This document shows positions 1 to 11,489 of a stretch of DNA of 64,000 nucleotides, piece after piece. The DNA lies in NCBI GenBank assembly GCA_000091205.1, contig AP006487.2, one strand, 5' to 3'. Origin of the DNA: Cyanidioschyzon merolae. Lineage: Eukaryota. The stretch's first letter is position 1. Each line of letters starts with the position of its first letter. The translations under genes were made by a program, and so were the position numbers. The notes below the pieces were generated by a model, which saw only the letters and a list, made by a program, of their open reading frames with translations, had not been told where the DNA came from and did no database searches.

Positions 1-1121
1 ATGGCGCAAGGAGTATTCTGTTCAAGCTAGATCGCTATGGCTACGGTGACCATGTCGAGCAGAGAAGCCTCGGAGCAGTCACAAATCCGAGTTTACTGAC
101 GTTCAATCCCGATATGCTTCTCTATATGTGTGTCCTCGCAGGATGTGATTTCTTCGCTGGAATTCCCAGGACAGGAATCCGCAGGGCCCATGCCCTTGTC
201 CAAAAGTATCGCAAACTAGACAACATTTTGCTCGCTGTGCGAAGCAAGAGACTGTCCGAGGATTATGAAGCGTTCGAGCGAGGCTTTCGAAAAGCAATCA
301 CTGCTTTCCGTTACCATCGCGTATTCGACCCCAGAACTCGTCAGGTAGTGCATCTGAATTCGCTACCATCAGCGATGCAAAGCGATGAACTAGACGGTAT
401 TCTTGGGCCGGCTATAGAGGCTGGAATTGCAACCAGGATCGCCGCAGCCGACCTATGCCCCATCCAGAAAATGCCATTCGACAAAGGTGTCCCAGTTGAG
501 GACGTTCAAAATTCGATTATCGAGCATCTGCCTACCAGCAGACGGGCGCTTTCGCGTGCAGGCGGGCGCGTATTCTGGGAGCAAGTTCAAGTTGAACTGA
601 TGCAAGCCTCGGCCCGAAACCGGCCGCACCAATCGCCGACTCAGGTGCCGCTGCCAAAGAAAAGAGCCGCGATTGGGGTAGGCTCACGACCAGTCTCGAT
701 TGCGGTCTCCGCCGAAGAGCGCACGACCTCGATTCCTGAGCTAGACGTGCAGCCGGGTCCAAGCACAGCATTTCATGAATTAAGCGTGGGTGAAGTCGTG
801 ACTTTTACCCAGAGTCAGGTTAGTGAACGCTCAGTTCATAGAGGACAAGGCCCCGCGCTCTCTGAAGACCAGCCGCTCTGCTCTCTATGTTCTTCCCTGA
901 ACTCTCAACCAGCAACTGCTACACACATATTGAAAGAGCCTGGCACTTCTCCTTCCAACGAATCACGCATCCGTTTCCCTCAAGAAACTTCGGGAAGCTC
1001 GCCTCTCGTGGAGTGTACCCCTGAAGCTTCGTGTGCCAGCGCATACAGTCCTTCCGTGGCATCCACGACGTCTCCGTGGCGGACAAACTCACCCGTTGTA
1101 TGGCACGAAACCCATGACTAG
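1..1121 (+). CDS. EXO1: Exonuclease 1 (XPG/Rad2-family 5'-3' exonuclease), C-terminal part; the gene start lies upstream of the window
   Basis: The reading frame is open from position 3 (GARSILFKLDRYGYGDHVEQRSLGAV...) into the listed ORF 114..1121. The block FNPDMLLYMCVLAGCDFFAGIPRTGIRRAHALVQKY..LDNILLAV..FRYHRVFDPRTRQVVHLN matches the H3TH / XPG-I C-terminal region of EXO1 (human ...[28 protein letters not shown]...YQLVFDP). A long low-complexity tail follows, as in EXO1. Confidence 0.6.
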   Translation, partial: GARSILFKLDRYGYGDHVEQRSLGAVTNPSLLTFNPDMLLYMCVLAGCDFFAGIPRTGIRRAHALVQKYRKLDNILLAVRSKRLSEDYEAFERGFRKAITAFRYHRVFDPRTRQVVHLNSLPSAMQSDELDGILGPAIEAGIATRIAAADLCPIQKMPFDKGVPVEDVQNSIIEHLPTSRRALSRAGGRVFWEQVQVELMQASARNRPHQSPTQVPLPKKRAAIGVGSRPVSIAVSAEERTTSIPELDVQPGPSTAFHELSVGEVVTFTQSQVSERSVHRGQGPALSEDQPLCSLCSSLNSQPATATHILKEPGTSPSNESRIRFPQETSGSSPLVECTPEASCASAYSPSVASTTSPWRTNSPVVWHETHD

Positions 1122-1345
1122 CGAGTGCTCGTCTTCAACAATGCGTGTCTCAGGAGTATCGCCTCTCTTTTCGGACGCAGAGGCTGCACCTGTCTCTTTT
1201 CATCTGGTCAAAATGCTTGTCAAAGGAAACTCTTTTCAACACTGAACCAAAGTTGATATTGCCTGCAGGTGCAAAGACGTGAGCAGTGCTGTAGCGTGCG
1301 CCGATTAGAATTCGACATGTATCTCTTCCTCGTACAGTTTAGGAT

Positions 1346-2320
1346 ATGGAAAGTGTCTTTACTAGAGCCTTCGTGTACAGCGTCGTCTATCAACTTCTAT
1401 TTTTCACTGCCTCGGTTGTGCTCGGCACTGACAAACTAACTGACTTCGCTGGTGGCACGAACTTTTTCCTCCTGGCCCTCTACTGTTGCTTGCAGTGTGA
1501 ACGGAGGACGTTCCGCCTTAAAGTTCTCACAACGCTCATCAGCGTTTGGGCGTTTCGTTTATCGTGCTTCCTTTTGTACCGCATTATACTGTGGTCAGAG
1601 GATCGGCGTCTGAAGGAGTTCCGCGCTAGCATTTGGAAGCTAGCGAGTTTTTGGTTCGTTCAAGCGGTATGGGTTTGGGTCACATCGTTCCCCGTGTTGG
1701 CACTCGGCTCGGAAACCTCTCAAGCACTTCCGGTCAAGCCCTTGTGTACTCTGGATTACGCTGGCTGGCTTCTCTGGCTTGGCGGTCTCCTGTTAGAAAC
1801 CGTGGCGGATTTTCAAAAGTTACAACACAAGAAGAGAGCACCGGAACTGAATAAAACTCCTTGGTGCACGGATGGCGTCTGGCGCTTCTCACGGCACCCG
1901 AACTATTTCGGGGAGCTATGTGTTTGGTGGGGAATATTCCTATCCAGTTACGCTGGAGTCGAGGACTCATTCCCGTTGTTCGTTGCCGCAATCGCATCTC
2001 CTGTTTTCGTTATGTTGTTGCTGCTCTTTGTCAGCGGCATGCCTTTGCTGGAACAGTCTATGAATCGAAGGTACCAAGGAAATACGAAGTTTGAGAATAG
2101 AGACGGACGTGAAACGGAAGCTCAAAGACTTGCAGAAGCATTCAAGGCGTACAAGAACTGCACTAGCCCGTTGATTCCGCTACCACCGTTGGTGTACGCA
2201 TCACTGCCGACAGTCATCAAGCGAACAGTTTTCTTCGAGTGGAAGATCTACGAGGCGGAATCAGCTCCTAACGAGTCCCAGAGCGACCGCTCCCGCGATT
2301 CATCGAACGCTCGCATGTAG
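1346..2320 (+). CDS. Polytopic membrane protein of the DUF1295 / steroid 5-alpha-reductase-like family
   Basis: It has multiple hydrophobic helices. The C-terminal signature [18 protein letters not shown] (RHPNY.GE...W.G) is typical of the 3-oxo-5-alpha-steroid 4-dehydrogenase/ICMT/PEMT fold. Confidence 0.45.
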   Translation: MESVFTRAFVYSVVYQLLFFTASVVLGTDKLTDFAGGTNFFLLALYCCLQCERRTFRLKVLTTLISVWAFRLSCFLLYRIILWSEDRRLKEFRASIWKLASFWFVQAVWVWVTSFPVLALGSETSQALPVKPLCTLDYAGWLLWLGGLLLETVADFQKLQHKKRAPELNKTPWCTDGVWRFSRHPNYFGELCVWWGIFLSSYAGVEDSFPLFVAAIASPVFVMLLLLFVSGMPLLEQSMNRRYQGNTKFENRDGRETEAQRLAEAFKAYKNCTSPLIPLPPLVYASLPTVIKRTVFFEWKIYEAESAPNESQSDRSRDSSNARM

Positions 2321-3129
2321 ACCGGGACCCAAACAGTACCGAAGAAATCCCGTTTGGGTAAGGTGAGAAAGCGCAAGTCGAGATCATCGGTGACCAAGTC
2401 ATAACCCGAAAATGGTTTTATTACGCGCTACCCGAAGCCTTTACATTCAAAAGTTACAAAGCGTCTCATATATTTCTTTCCTTTTCGGTCCTTGAAGCCT
2501 TCCGGGGGAATCATTCCAAACCATCAAGTATTGTTACAAAATTGTTGTCTCTGTTTCATAGCGAGTTTTTCCATACGCGTTTTCCAGTGATTTCGAAGAC
2601 TACTTTGTCTGCGTTATGCACAGACAAACCTGAGCTGGCCTACTCATAGCGAAACTACAGAATGTGCGGAAGAAAGCCGCCGTCCGGTCGCTCTGCAGCG
2701 AGTCGATGCACTAAGTTCGTCTCTTGTGTACATCGGCCCCAGTGCACATCTCTCTGAGTGGTATATCAAGACATGCCACATCGTTTCGCTCTTGTCAACG
2801 AAAATGAGGATGAGTATGCGTGGCAGAGAATGCGAAAGTGTGCAGTGACACAATCGCTGGGCTAAAGCATGCTGGCAATGAACGTGTTGTAAATCTTCTA
2901 TTTCTGCGAAAAATCATCGACGACATGCAAATCGAAGTTCACCGCGTGCATCGACGACACCGTCGTTGAGGCCGACTTCGAGAGTCACGCCGATACCTGC
3001 ATGCAGAGCGGCTCATCCGAGGAGCGCGTTTCCTCACACATGGAGGCGCGTGATAGTGCTCCAACTGCATCTAGTATGCCATCATTGAGGCTGACGGCGA
3101 CGGCGACGGCGACGGCGACAGCGAGGCTG

Positions 3130-3770
3130 ACATATGCACACGTATCACGTCCGCGTCCGCCAGCGCATCTACCACGTTCAGACGCATATGGTGGCTCCCC
3201 GAGTGCATCGACGACATCATCATCGACGGCGACGGCGAGGCCGACATGTGCACACGAAGCAGCTCATCCGCCACAAGTGCATCATCTAGGCTCAGGCGCA
3301 TGTGGTGGCTCCCCGAGTGCATCGACGACATCATCATCGACGGCGACGGCGAGGCCGACATGTGCACACGAAGCAGCTCATCCGCCACAAGTGCATCATC
3401 TAGGCTCAGGCGCATGTGATGGTTCCCCGAGTGCATCGACGACATCATCATCGACGGCGACGGCGAGGCCGACATGTGCACACGAAGCAGCTCATCCGCC
3501 ACAAGTGCATCGTCTAGGCTCAGGCGCATGTGGTGGCTCCCCGAGTGCATCGACGACATCATCATCGACGGCGACGGCGAGGCCGACATGTGCACACGAA
3601 GCAGCTCATCCGCCACAAGTGCATCGTCTAGGCTCAGGCGCATGTGGTGGCTCCCCGAGTGCATCGACGACATCATCATCGACGGCGACGGCGAGGCCGA
3701 CATGTGCACACGAAGCAGATCATCCGCCACAAGTGCATCGTCAAGGCTCAGACGTGAGCCATATAAACCA
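3130..3770. repeat. Tandem minisatellite, 114-bp unit x ~5 (38 codons per unit), flanked by (GCGACG)n-like simple repeats
   Basis: Unit starts at 3184, 3298, 3412, 3526 and 3640 (gcat[a/g]tggtggctccccgagtgcatcgacgacatcatcatcgacggcgacggcgaggccgacatgtgcacacgaagcagctcatccgccacaagtgcatc..). Both strands give long repeat-driven ORFs (3001..3945 +, 3071..4054 -). Confidence 0.9.
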
Positions 3771-5476
3771 TACGACGAAGAAGTTGTTGTCGTTGTGGTT
3801 GTTGGCGAGGCCGACGGCGACGGTGAAGGCGACGGTGAAGGTACTAAGATCGGATGCAAGACGGTGCGGTCCTGATTTATCCACAACGGCAGAGCAAGCA
3901 CGTTGCAACTGCAGAGAACAGTGCAGATCACGAACACACAGATGATATTCTTTGCAATCGACATTTTGCTGTGCTGTAACTTACGTGCCGTGTGCGCGCC
4001 CTTTGTAAACTCCAACCACTGTAGTATATATGTGCGTTGCACGCAGCCGCTCAATAATTACGCGGCGATCGCGAGGCATGCGTGCTGTCCCTCCCGTACA
4101 GCGAACAGCGCACTACGCCAGGATCCGCCACGTGTGGATCCGGAGGCTCGATGCGCGGGGGAATCCTGGTGAGTGAATCGCGGCGCGGGAGAAATCGCGG
4201 CGGACACGTGGCAGCGCTCTCCTCCACGAATGCAGCTGGCCGTGCAGCAGATGATCCAAGTGATCTTTTAAGTATTTAGACATAATGGTCAGCTTCATCA
4301 CTGTTCCCTGCGAAGGCCCTGCAACAATACGTAGATGGGGAGAACAAGCATATTTGCAGACGAGATCTCGTACGTCGAGTAGTCCCGAAAACTATAAAAG
4401 TCTTCGTATGGAGCATTTATGGCAATTGTAAAGGACCTTTCTGTGAGTGAGTGAGTGGGTTCAGACCTGCGTAACGCAGTACCACCTCTCGGGGAACAGG
4501 TAGGTTGCTTTCCAGTGAGTGGCGCATTGTGATGTAAAAGGCTGGAAGCTTCAGTTAGCGTGCGCGAAACTCAAGAGACTTCAGATCTGATAAAACACGA
4601 CTTTGCAAGGTAAACGACACGTATTTGCGCCTGAGAGAAAAGCCACCCGCATAATCATTGCGCTGAAAAATTGCCGATACACGACATATCTCGGGGGCAC
4701 TGCTCCCGGAACAGCACCTCCTGGAGGCCAAGACCGGTGGATTCTAGGGGCTGAGTCTGTCGAAAGCATTCCATACGAAGATGCGTTAGGCTTTAGATGC
4801 GCTGCGTCCAGGTAAGGCAGCCGCACCGCAACCTAGATGGCGGCAGAGATCGTTAGGATGCCTGGAGCATCCGATTGCAGCTTTGGGAATGCTTGAAGTG
4901 GACACTAGCACATGCGTGCCAGCGGCTAGGCCTCAAGACAGTGATTTGATGTTGCCATATGAAATAGTAATTTCCTATACTTCGAAAGAAAGCCGCTATC
5001 CTGCAAGTTTTACGCCTCATCTTCCACAGAAACGAACGCGTCTCTCCAATGGCTCAGTGAGTTAGTTCTTCTTCGCATTCTTTTAGAGTATAGGTCATTT
5101 TGCACGCCGCTCCGTTCGACAGCATGGAGCAACGTCTTGCGAGGAAGCAGCAACGCTGATTAACAGCCAACGTGACACGCAGGCATCGAGGCCATACCTC
5201 GGTCTCGACCGCCGCTAATGGTTTTTCTGTCGAATGGCTTCTCGTACCTGTATACTGGCCAGTTTCCGACGTTGCAGCACACAACGCCGCGGAACAGACG
5301 TCCGTCAAGGCGACTGATGCATGAATACGAAACAGTTGCTTCGCAATGTTGGGCAATGGCCGCGATGCAAAATCTTCCAGAAACAACTCAGCGGTAGTAA
5401 AGAAAAGGAAGATCCTGCGAGTCATAAGACGAACTGATTCTCTATAACCTCAAGCCTTCGTTTTGGCTGTTCGAAC

Positions 5477-6184
5477 CTACTGTGGTTTGGTACGGACCGT
5501 TATAGGGCCCTCAATCTTCGTACAGCAGCTGAGGCGCCAGCTGTCCGGCGCTTGCTTATTCTCGAATATTCGAGCTTCCCGCCAGCCACGGGGATTTGTG
5601 TTATACTGGCCCTCAGTGATATCGACGATGCATGTGCCACATTGGCCGCCACCGCCACAGTTTGTTAGCTTGCCTCTCAAAGTGTACACATCGATTTTGT
5701 TTTCAAGCAAGACCTTTCTCAGGTTTGAACCCACAGGGGCTTCGAGGACGCGCGGTTCGCTTTTGCCCTTTTCATAGACGGTCACCTGCACCTTCTGAAC
5801 TGAGCCAGCTGGCGTCCATGAGAGAAGCAGATTATGTCGTCTAGGTCTCAAGCAAACTTTGTTATTTTGACAGTAGCTGGAGACGTGCTGGGAACGCTTT
5901 CCGGGGCGGCTCTCTACGAAGAAGCGCAATGAGGGTACACCTACGGTAATAAACGAGGACTCGACCCTGCTGCGGGTGTCCATTCTGAAAGTTCCAGGTT
6001 CCAAAGTTTGTAAAACGGCTGTGTTCGTCCCTCCGTGCCCGGTCTGCAACATGTACTCCCGCTTCCGAGCAACGCAGTGCTTTAGCCTCAGGAGTCCCAG
6101 CCGGCGTGTACTCGTCTGCCGCGTCCGCTCTGCGCGACGTCGCCGATAATGAAGGGCTACGCGCGCGATTTCGCATGACGGCAA
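5477..6184 (-). CDS. 2Fe-2S ferredoxin-like (plant-type ferredoxin fold) protein; the true start is probably an internal Met
   Basis: The C-terminal domain VQVTVYEKGKSEPRVLEAPVGSNLRKVLLENKIDVYTLRGKLTNCGGGGQCGTCIVDITEG...RLSCCTKIEGPITV has the beta-grasp ferredoxin architecture. The cysteine pattern is C-x5-C-x2-C ... C, compared with plant Fd LPYSCRAGSCSSCAGK ... LTCVAYP. Confidence 0.5.
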   Translation of the reverse strand: MPSCEIARVALHYRRRRAERTRQTSTRRLGLLRLKHCVARKREYMLQTGHGGTNTAVLQTLEPGTFRMDTRSRVESSFITVGVPSLRFFVESRPGKRSQHVSSYCQNNKVCLRPRRHNLLLSWTPAGSVQKVQVTVYEKGKSEPRVLEAPVGSNLRKVLLENKIDVYTLRGKLTNCGGGGQCGTCIVDITEGQYNTNPRGWREARIFENKQAPDSWRLSCCTKIEGPITVRTKPQ

Positions 6185-6310
6185 ATGGTGGGCGCAGGAT
6201 AAAGCGTTCGGCTTTCAGTGAAGGTTCAGAGCCCGACGCTCGCACAAGCACTGTATAGCAGTTTTCTCTGCGTGTCGCGCCAGCTACGTCAGTGTATCAT
6301 CTCCAACCGA

Positions 6311-6910
6311 GTCACAATAAAACGGGAGGGGGCCTGTTCGATATCTCGAGCGAACACGCTCAAGTAGGGTTTCCTTCCCACTTGCGCCAAGACCAGTCCT
6401 CACAGGCTCTATCTGTGACTGCCTCTGTTTCCTCTCTCTTATCTCCTGCTGTAAACACGCGAGTCGTTCATGCCCCTCCAGCTCCGTAGTCAGCAGTCGA
6501 AGGGTGTTGATATTCGCGTTAATGTCCGGATCTGGGAGCTTCCCGCCGCTGACGACGCATTTCAAGCGCAGGCGGGAGGGACGATCTTCGCCTCACTTGT
6601 CTTCCGCAGCGTCTTTGCATGCATGCTTGACGCGCCCAGCGCAACGGTGGCAGTTGACTGCGGTCAGGTGCTCCCACATGACCACCATAACGCGTCCAGA
6701 TCAGAGCGCCGCATGTAACTTTTGAACGCTTGCTTCCTGGCTCGATACATGCGATAGACGGGTCCACGTGGGCTCCACTGCATGCCCTCATTCGTTGCGA
6801 TGCTCGGTGTCGTCCCAGAAGATCACGGGCATCTGCTGGGCGATCTCCTGGACGTGTACTCTGTTAGCTGTGCACGCAAGCCCACGCTGCTCCAGTCGAT
6901 ACGGGATTTG
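6311..6910. repeat. Dispersed repeat family R, copy 1 (600 bp)
   Basis: About 98.5% identical (roughly 9 mismatches by eye) to 11960..12559 in direct orientation. Both begin gtcacaataaaacgggaggggg and end ccagtcgatacgggatttg. Confidence 0.9.
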
Positions 6911-7299
6911 AGAAGCGCAACAATGTCCATGAATAATCAAGGGCCAAAAGAGTTATCCAAGGTAAACAACGAGCCGGGAAATTCCGATTCGTCTACGCTA
7001 CCTTTTTCCAATTCGTTGACGCACGCTCCACTGGAACCGTCCGCTGAGGTGAATCCGCCTCGAGTCCAAAACCCGTTCCGATGCAAACACAAGAAGCGGA
7101 AGCCTCTGGGTGTAAATTCAAGGGCTTCATCATACTACCGCGGAGTATGGTTGCGCCTACGGCTGTTAAGAAATGAGAATTTGTCTTTCGAATGGAATAG
7201 ATGAGATAACGTGGGAGCATCGGTAACCTTTGGCATGGGGCGTAGAAGAAGTCGTCAAGGGAACAAGCAGACAATATCCGTCGTCAGCCTAGCAGCGCG

Positions 7300-7500
7300 A
7301 ATTTCGGCGCTCATGAGTTGCCATGAAGCAGCAAGATCGAAACCTTTGAGACGTTCTATTTGAGAATGCTGTGCGTAATGAACGGGGAAGATCGACGGTC
7401 TGAGATTATCATGTGGAAAATGAAAACGGTTACTGCACGAACCCTTATTCAAGAGCGTCGCAAATCATCTTGACTCCGGTGACGAATCGAACTCTAGTGA
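7300..7500. repeat. Fragment related to the 3' part of repeat family X (compare 17650..17880)
   Basis: Shared blocks are aagatcgaaacctttg[a/c]ga and agagcgtcgc[a/g]aatcatctt..tcc[g/a]gtgacg. Confidence 0.6.
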
Positions 7501-8593
7501 CCACAATCTGAAGGAGTTACGAAGAAAGGACCACCCGAAATCCTCAAACGACTTACGCATCCATTACTTCTCATGACTGCGCTAGGAACATTAAGTCTGG
7601 AAATCGAAGCAGAAGGTCGGAAAATACTTCGAAAGGCATGAATAAGGCGGGCAGCTTGGTACACCATTTTAATCCTAAACTGGTGGTAAGCATTCAAAAT
7701 TGTAAATAGAACTGCACTTTTGAGTGCCATTTCTTGGAAATGGTACTGGAAGGAAGAACTGTTAATACATGAAGCTTCATCACAAGACTGCTTGAACAAC
7801 CTTTGCGGGCCGTTTCCGATGCTGAAAAGACGCGACGGTCCCGCTCTAAAGATAAACCAACGTCATGGATGGCGTGAAGTCGACCTTGAATCTATGGTCT
7901 CTGTGCGCGGTCGAGACGACCGTCTCGTGGCAATGCAGACTAGGTATCTATCCGAATTACATGTTTTCAAAAGAAAGAGCACGGAGCTTTCCATAGAATT
8001 TCCAGAACGCTTTTTTTGAAAAACTACAAAAAACCATTTTCCCAGCACGGGAGCATTTACAAACAGAGTCCGGGCTCGATTACGCTAGCCTGTTGACGCA
8101 CATCTGCACAAGTGAAACGCTGTAGCGTTTTCCATACACTGGTGCGTTATTTTGTAACACAAAGTCTTTTACTCACTGCTGACGCGATCATAAATTCTTG
8201 GAATTATATCACGTAAGGTCTGGCATCTCACAATACCAAAACATATTTAGTCTTGTCGCGCAGCTCCGCAGCATCAAGCTCGAGTCCGCATGGCGCTCTG
8301 GAATAAGTTCTCTTGAACGTTTGCTTGCTCTTGAAGTCAGTGCAACTCTTAGGCTGAAGCGCGTTCCAAGAGGGAATTTATGGTGGCTGCATACATGCAC
8401 GTAAAGGATCCTGATTCATGGCTCGATCAAGGGCATCATTATGCCCAGCGGGCATCACTGGCGCCACTGGCGGGAGCGACACGCTGATGCGTGTAGGTTG
8501 ATTTCGGAGCACGCATATGGCAGTCCATACGTGCGAGCGGCGCGCTGAGCTGCTCTTAATCTTCTCGCGTGTTGCTGGTATCGACGAAGACAC

Positions 8594-9679
8594 ATGGACA
8601 GGTCGCCTCTAGAGAAAATAGAAGGGCTTGCACTCCGGATACTAAGCAATTTAGATATAGTGGGTTTGTCTAAAGAATGGGCAGCTGCTGTCCGCATATT
8701 GTGTGTCTTGCACCGGATCAGATGCATAGAATGGCAGCAGTATGGACCGTTTGCCGTATGTAACCAGGGAAGTTTTACCTTTCGTGACCTTTTTTACCTC
8801 AGCAAATCTGACGAGGTCCTTAATCCTCTTGGTGCAGGGACAAGCGCTGCTTATGCTTCTTCCCCATTTCGGGAGAAACTCTCAGTTCGAAGCACCCGCC
8901 GCGGCCTGATGCTGCTCGAAAAAGTCTTTCAAGAACCAGAGTTGCGGTACCAGCTGGGTGCGCTTCCTATGCCGAAGGGCATTCTATGGGCGCCGTCAGG
9001 ATTCGTTTTACAATGGAGCCCAAACAGGGATGTCCACCATGAACTCGAACTCAGTAGCGTCGTTCCGGTGCCGCCAGAACTTGGTAGAGCGAGTACAACC
9101 TTTCGCTTACGGCTCCACGAAGCGCACTTTGGGAACCCGAATTTTGGAGCAAAGCTCCGAGCAGTGTTGGTCGTGGAGAAGGAAACAACTTTTCGAGCAC
9201 TGCTGAGGGGCATCCATGATCCCCCTGGTAAGTTTCTTCGCTACGCGCAGCTAAATAGAGTAGCAATGATTAGCGGCAAGGGTTACCCAGACCGGGCCAC
9301 AAAGGTGCTCGTGCGGTATCTCGCAAAGACGGAGGGAATTCCGGTTTTCCTGTTGACCGATTGTGATCCGAACGGTATCGCGATTGCGCTCCAGTACGAT
9401 GGTGCAACAGAACGCATCGGCGTTCCTCTTCATGGCCCCGAAAACGCTGGCTTTGCAGCACTTCGTCTACTTGTTGATCATGACCACAGTCTGTTGAAAC
9501 AGCTCCAACGTCGAATCACTTGCATGGACGGCATTGGAGCCAGCCTGCAGCCGCCACTAGCATGGATGGCTGCGACGGGATACAAAAGCGAAATCGAAAG
9601 TTTGAGCAATCCCGACCTCACTGAATTCGTCATCCGTGCACTCAAGCAAAGACTCAAAGTGTACTCTGTGCACAAATGA
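8594..9679 (+). CDS. SPO11: SPO11 / DNA topoisomerase VI subunit A family protein
   Basis: The 5Y-CAP catalytic tyrosine motif is FRDLFYLS (compare RDIYY). The Toprim glutamate is in LVVEKETTFRALL (compare IVEKEAVF). The Toprim DxD is in VFLLTDCDPNGIAIALQY (compare LVDADPHGIEI). Length is 361 aa. Confidence 0.8.
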   Translation: MDRSPLEKIEGLALRILSNLDIVGLSKEWAAAVRILCVLHRIRCIEWQQYGPFAVCNQGSFTFRDLFYLSKSDEVLNPLGAGTSAAYASSPFREKLSVRSTRRGLMLLEKVFQEPELRYQLGALPMPKGILWAPSGFVLQWSPNRDVHHELELSSVVPVPPELGRASTTFRLRLHEAHFGNPNFGAKLRAVLVVEKETTFRALLRGIHDPPGKFLRYAQLNRVAMISGKGYPDRATKVLVRYLAKTEGIPVFLLTDCDPNGIAIALQYDGATERIGVPLHGPENAGFAALRLLVDHDHSLLKQLQRRITCMDGIGASLQPPLAWMAATGYKSEIESLSNPDLTEFVIRALKQRLKVYSVHK

Positions 9680-9752
9680 CTGGCTTCAGCAAGACCCAAA
9701 TGCCCCTTGCGGAATTCGAAATCCGTGCGCGCATTTGAAGAACAATCAAACG

Positions 9753-11489
9753 CTAATTTGCGGACGGGTGATAAGCTTCAGCAAGACACAAAAGTCTTTC
9801 AGCTGCTGTCGCCAATTCTTGCCGCGACCAAGGATCGTGCGGCAGATTCGGCAGGCAAGCACGACACCAGAGTTGCAATGCCCAAGAATGGATATCGGCT
9901 CCGGTGCTGCGAGACTGTTCCAGCCTCGTCCTGCAATGCAGAAAATGCACGAAACTTTTCCCTTGATCATCGTGTCTCTCACCGTGAGCTGCATACCGTC
10001 GAATTTCGCGTGGAAATGGATGCGGTAGCATTAGGACCGTCTTTGATTCAGAAGTAAAACTGCTTTTTTGATTCAAAAGCTCATCTATGGAGGCGGTGTC
10101 CAAGGCACGGCAAAAGTTGCTGAGAGCCTCTGGTAAGGTAGACTCATCATTCGCAATAGGATGCTTGACGAAGCCAGGCAGCCGTTGTTTCAGTCGCATA
10201 CACCATCCCTTATCGACGAATTGCCGGAGCCAGCCTGCCGTGGATAGATTGCAAAGATCGAAGTTCTGCGTCGGTACGTCATTGCTCCCGGCAGAGTTCC
10301 TAAACAGCGAAAATGGTGAAAATCCGGCCCGCAAATCGAATATGCAACGATGGCGAAGGCCCAAAAGGTTACCGCTCATTGCGACTCGAAGCCTATGCTC
10401 CAGCGGATGGGCGTCCAATATTCTATTCACAGCTAGCGCGGTGGCAACACTCGCAGTCCAGCCAAACGAATTACAAGTAAGATCCTCGAAAGACAGGCCC
10501 CGTGCATCTAGCGTCCACAGCCGTTCGCGTTGCGTATTCCGCAGATTCCTCGCACGAACAGGCAAGTATGCGATGTGATCATTTTCCCCCGAAGCACTCG
10601 ACGTGTACAAGCTGCTAACAAGTAGCGCCTCTCCAATTTGCCCCACATTGACATCCAGCTTCGGATCAATGGAAAAGATAAAAAAATTCTTTTTCGTGCC
10701 GAAAAGATCCGAAAGTTCTTCAACGAGCCCTGATAATACACCACCATTCCCTGCGTGCTCCAGGGACCCATGGATGTCAAATCCCGTGAGAGAATCACAG
10801 GTTTCCGCGAAATAACGTACTGCATCCAGGAGCTCTTCGGATTGTTTTTTGCTTTGCACGGCATCGTAGCCCCTTTGAAATAACTCTAGGTCGCGAACAA
10901 ACTGGTTCGATAATGGTGTGTCTGCGATATCGGGAATTCTGGTTTCAGCAAACGTGGTCGAGGATGCCTTTGTAGACTCCAGATCGTGCAGCAGAGTCTG
11001 AGTTCGAATTTTTGACCGACTACTCAGGGGGAACGCTTGGAAGTCTGTCCAGTGCCGTACACTTTCCTCGAAATTATACGCGTCCGGTGATTTCACCGTT
11101 CCGGCCTGTCGATCAACCTGAAAAGCATGCCTTCTGTCATGTTGGCTGGAAGAGAGGCGTTCAGTCGGACCCTTCCATAACGTCTTCGAAATTGGATCTT
11201 CGTGCGGTTCGAGTGCCCTGCTGATAGGAGCTTCACTGCAATCAAGTGAACAGTGATCCAGTGCAACAAGTCTCGGCACGACTTGGCCAGCAGTAGGTCC
11301 TTCATCTGGCTCCCAGAAAAACTCCCGACGCGCTGCCCAAAACCTTTCCTCGACAGACGAGAGACATTCGTGAGAAACCCCACCACTCGAGACCAGAGTG
11401 CTATTGTAATATAAGAGGTTCCAAAAGTGTGACCCGCAGTAGCTTGCAGCTTCTCCCAGCTGTACTACAACAGAGTTTTTCTCTACCAT
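9753..11489 (-). CDS. Misato/DML1-like tubulin-superfamily protein
   Basis: The N-terminus VVVQLGEAASYCGSHFWN matches the Misato/tubulin GTPase N-terminal signature (Misato ..LTLQLG.....G.HFWN). A length of 578 aa is typical for Misato/DML1. Confidence 0.55.
   Translation of the reverse strand: MVEKNSVVVQLGEAASYCGSHFWNLLYYNSTLVSSGGVSHECLSSVEERFWAARREFFWEPDEGPTAGQVVPRLVALDHCSLDCSEAPISRALEPHEDPISKTLWKGPTERLSSSQHDRRHAFQVDRQAGTVKSPDAYNFEESVRHWTDFQAFPLSSRSKIRTQTLLHDLESTKASSTTFAETRIPDIADTPLSNQFVRDLELFQRGYDAVQSKKQSEELLDAVRYFAETCDSLTGFDIHGSLEHAGNGGVLSGLVEELSDLFGTKKNFFIFSIDPKLDVNVGQIGEALLVSSLYTSSASGENDHIAYLPVRARNLRNTQRERLWTLDARGLSFEDLTCNSFGWTASVATALAVNRILDAHPLEHRLRVAMSGNLLGLRHRCIFDLRAGFSPFSLFRNSAGSNDVPTQNFDLCNLSTAGWLRQFVDKGWCMRLKQRLPGFVKHPIANDESTLPEALSNFCRALDTASIDELLNQKSSFTSESKTVLMLPHPFPREIRRYAAHGERHDDQGKSFVHFLHCRTRLEQSRSTGADIHSWALQLWCRACLPNLPHDPWSRQELATAAERLLCLAEAYHPSAN

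Noticed and set aside
3001-3945. Plus-strand 314-aa ORF through the 114-bp tandem repeat as an independent gene
   Set aside because: Openness of both strands is a by-product of the in-phase repeat. At most one strand is coding, if any. It is reported as a repeat, with the minus-strand reading flagged as the more gene-like.
6460-6500. Spliced-leader-RNA-like sequence inside repeat R (tCCGTAGtcagcagtcgAAG|GTgttgat), reminiscent of dinoflagellate/perkinsid SL (CCGTAGCC...CTCAAG|GT)
   Set aside because: The putative GT donor and exon are not conserved in the diverged R copies (27950: ..cgaagAAtgttgat; 35300: ..cgaaggAtactgg). No Sm-site-like element follows, and the repeat is 600 bp rather than an SL-RNA-sized unit. 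The resemblance is limited to about 9 nt.
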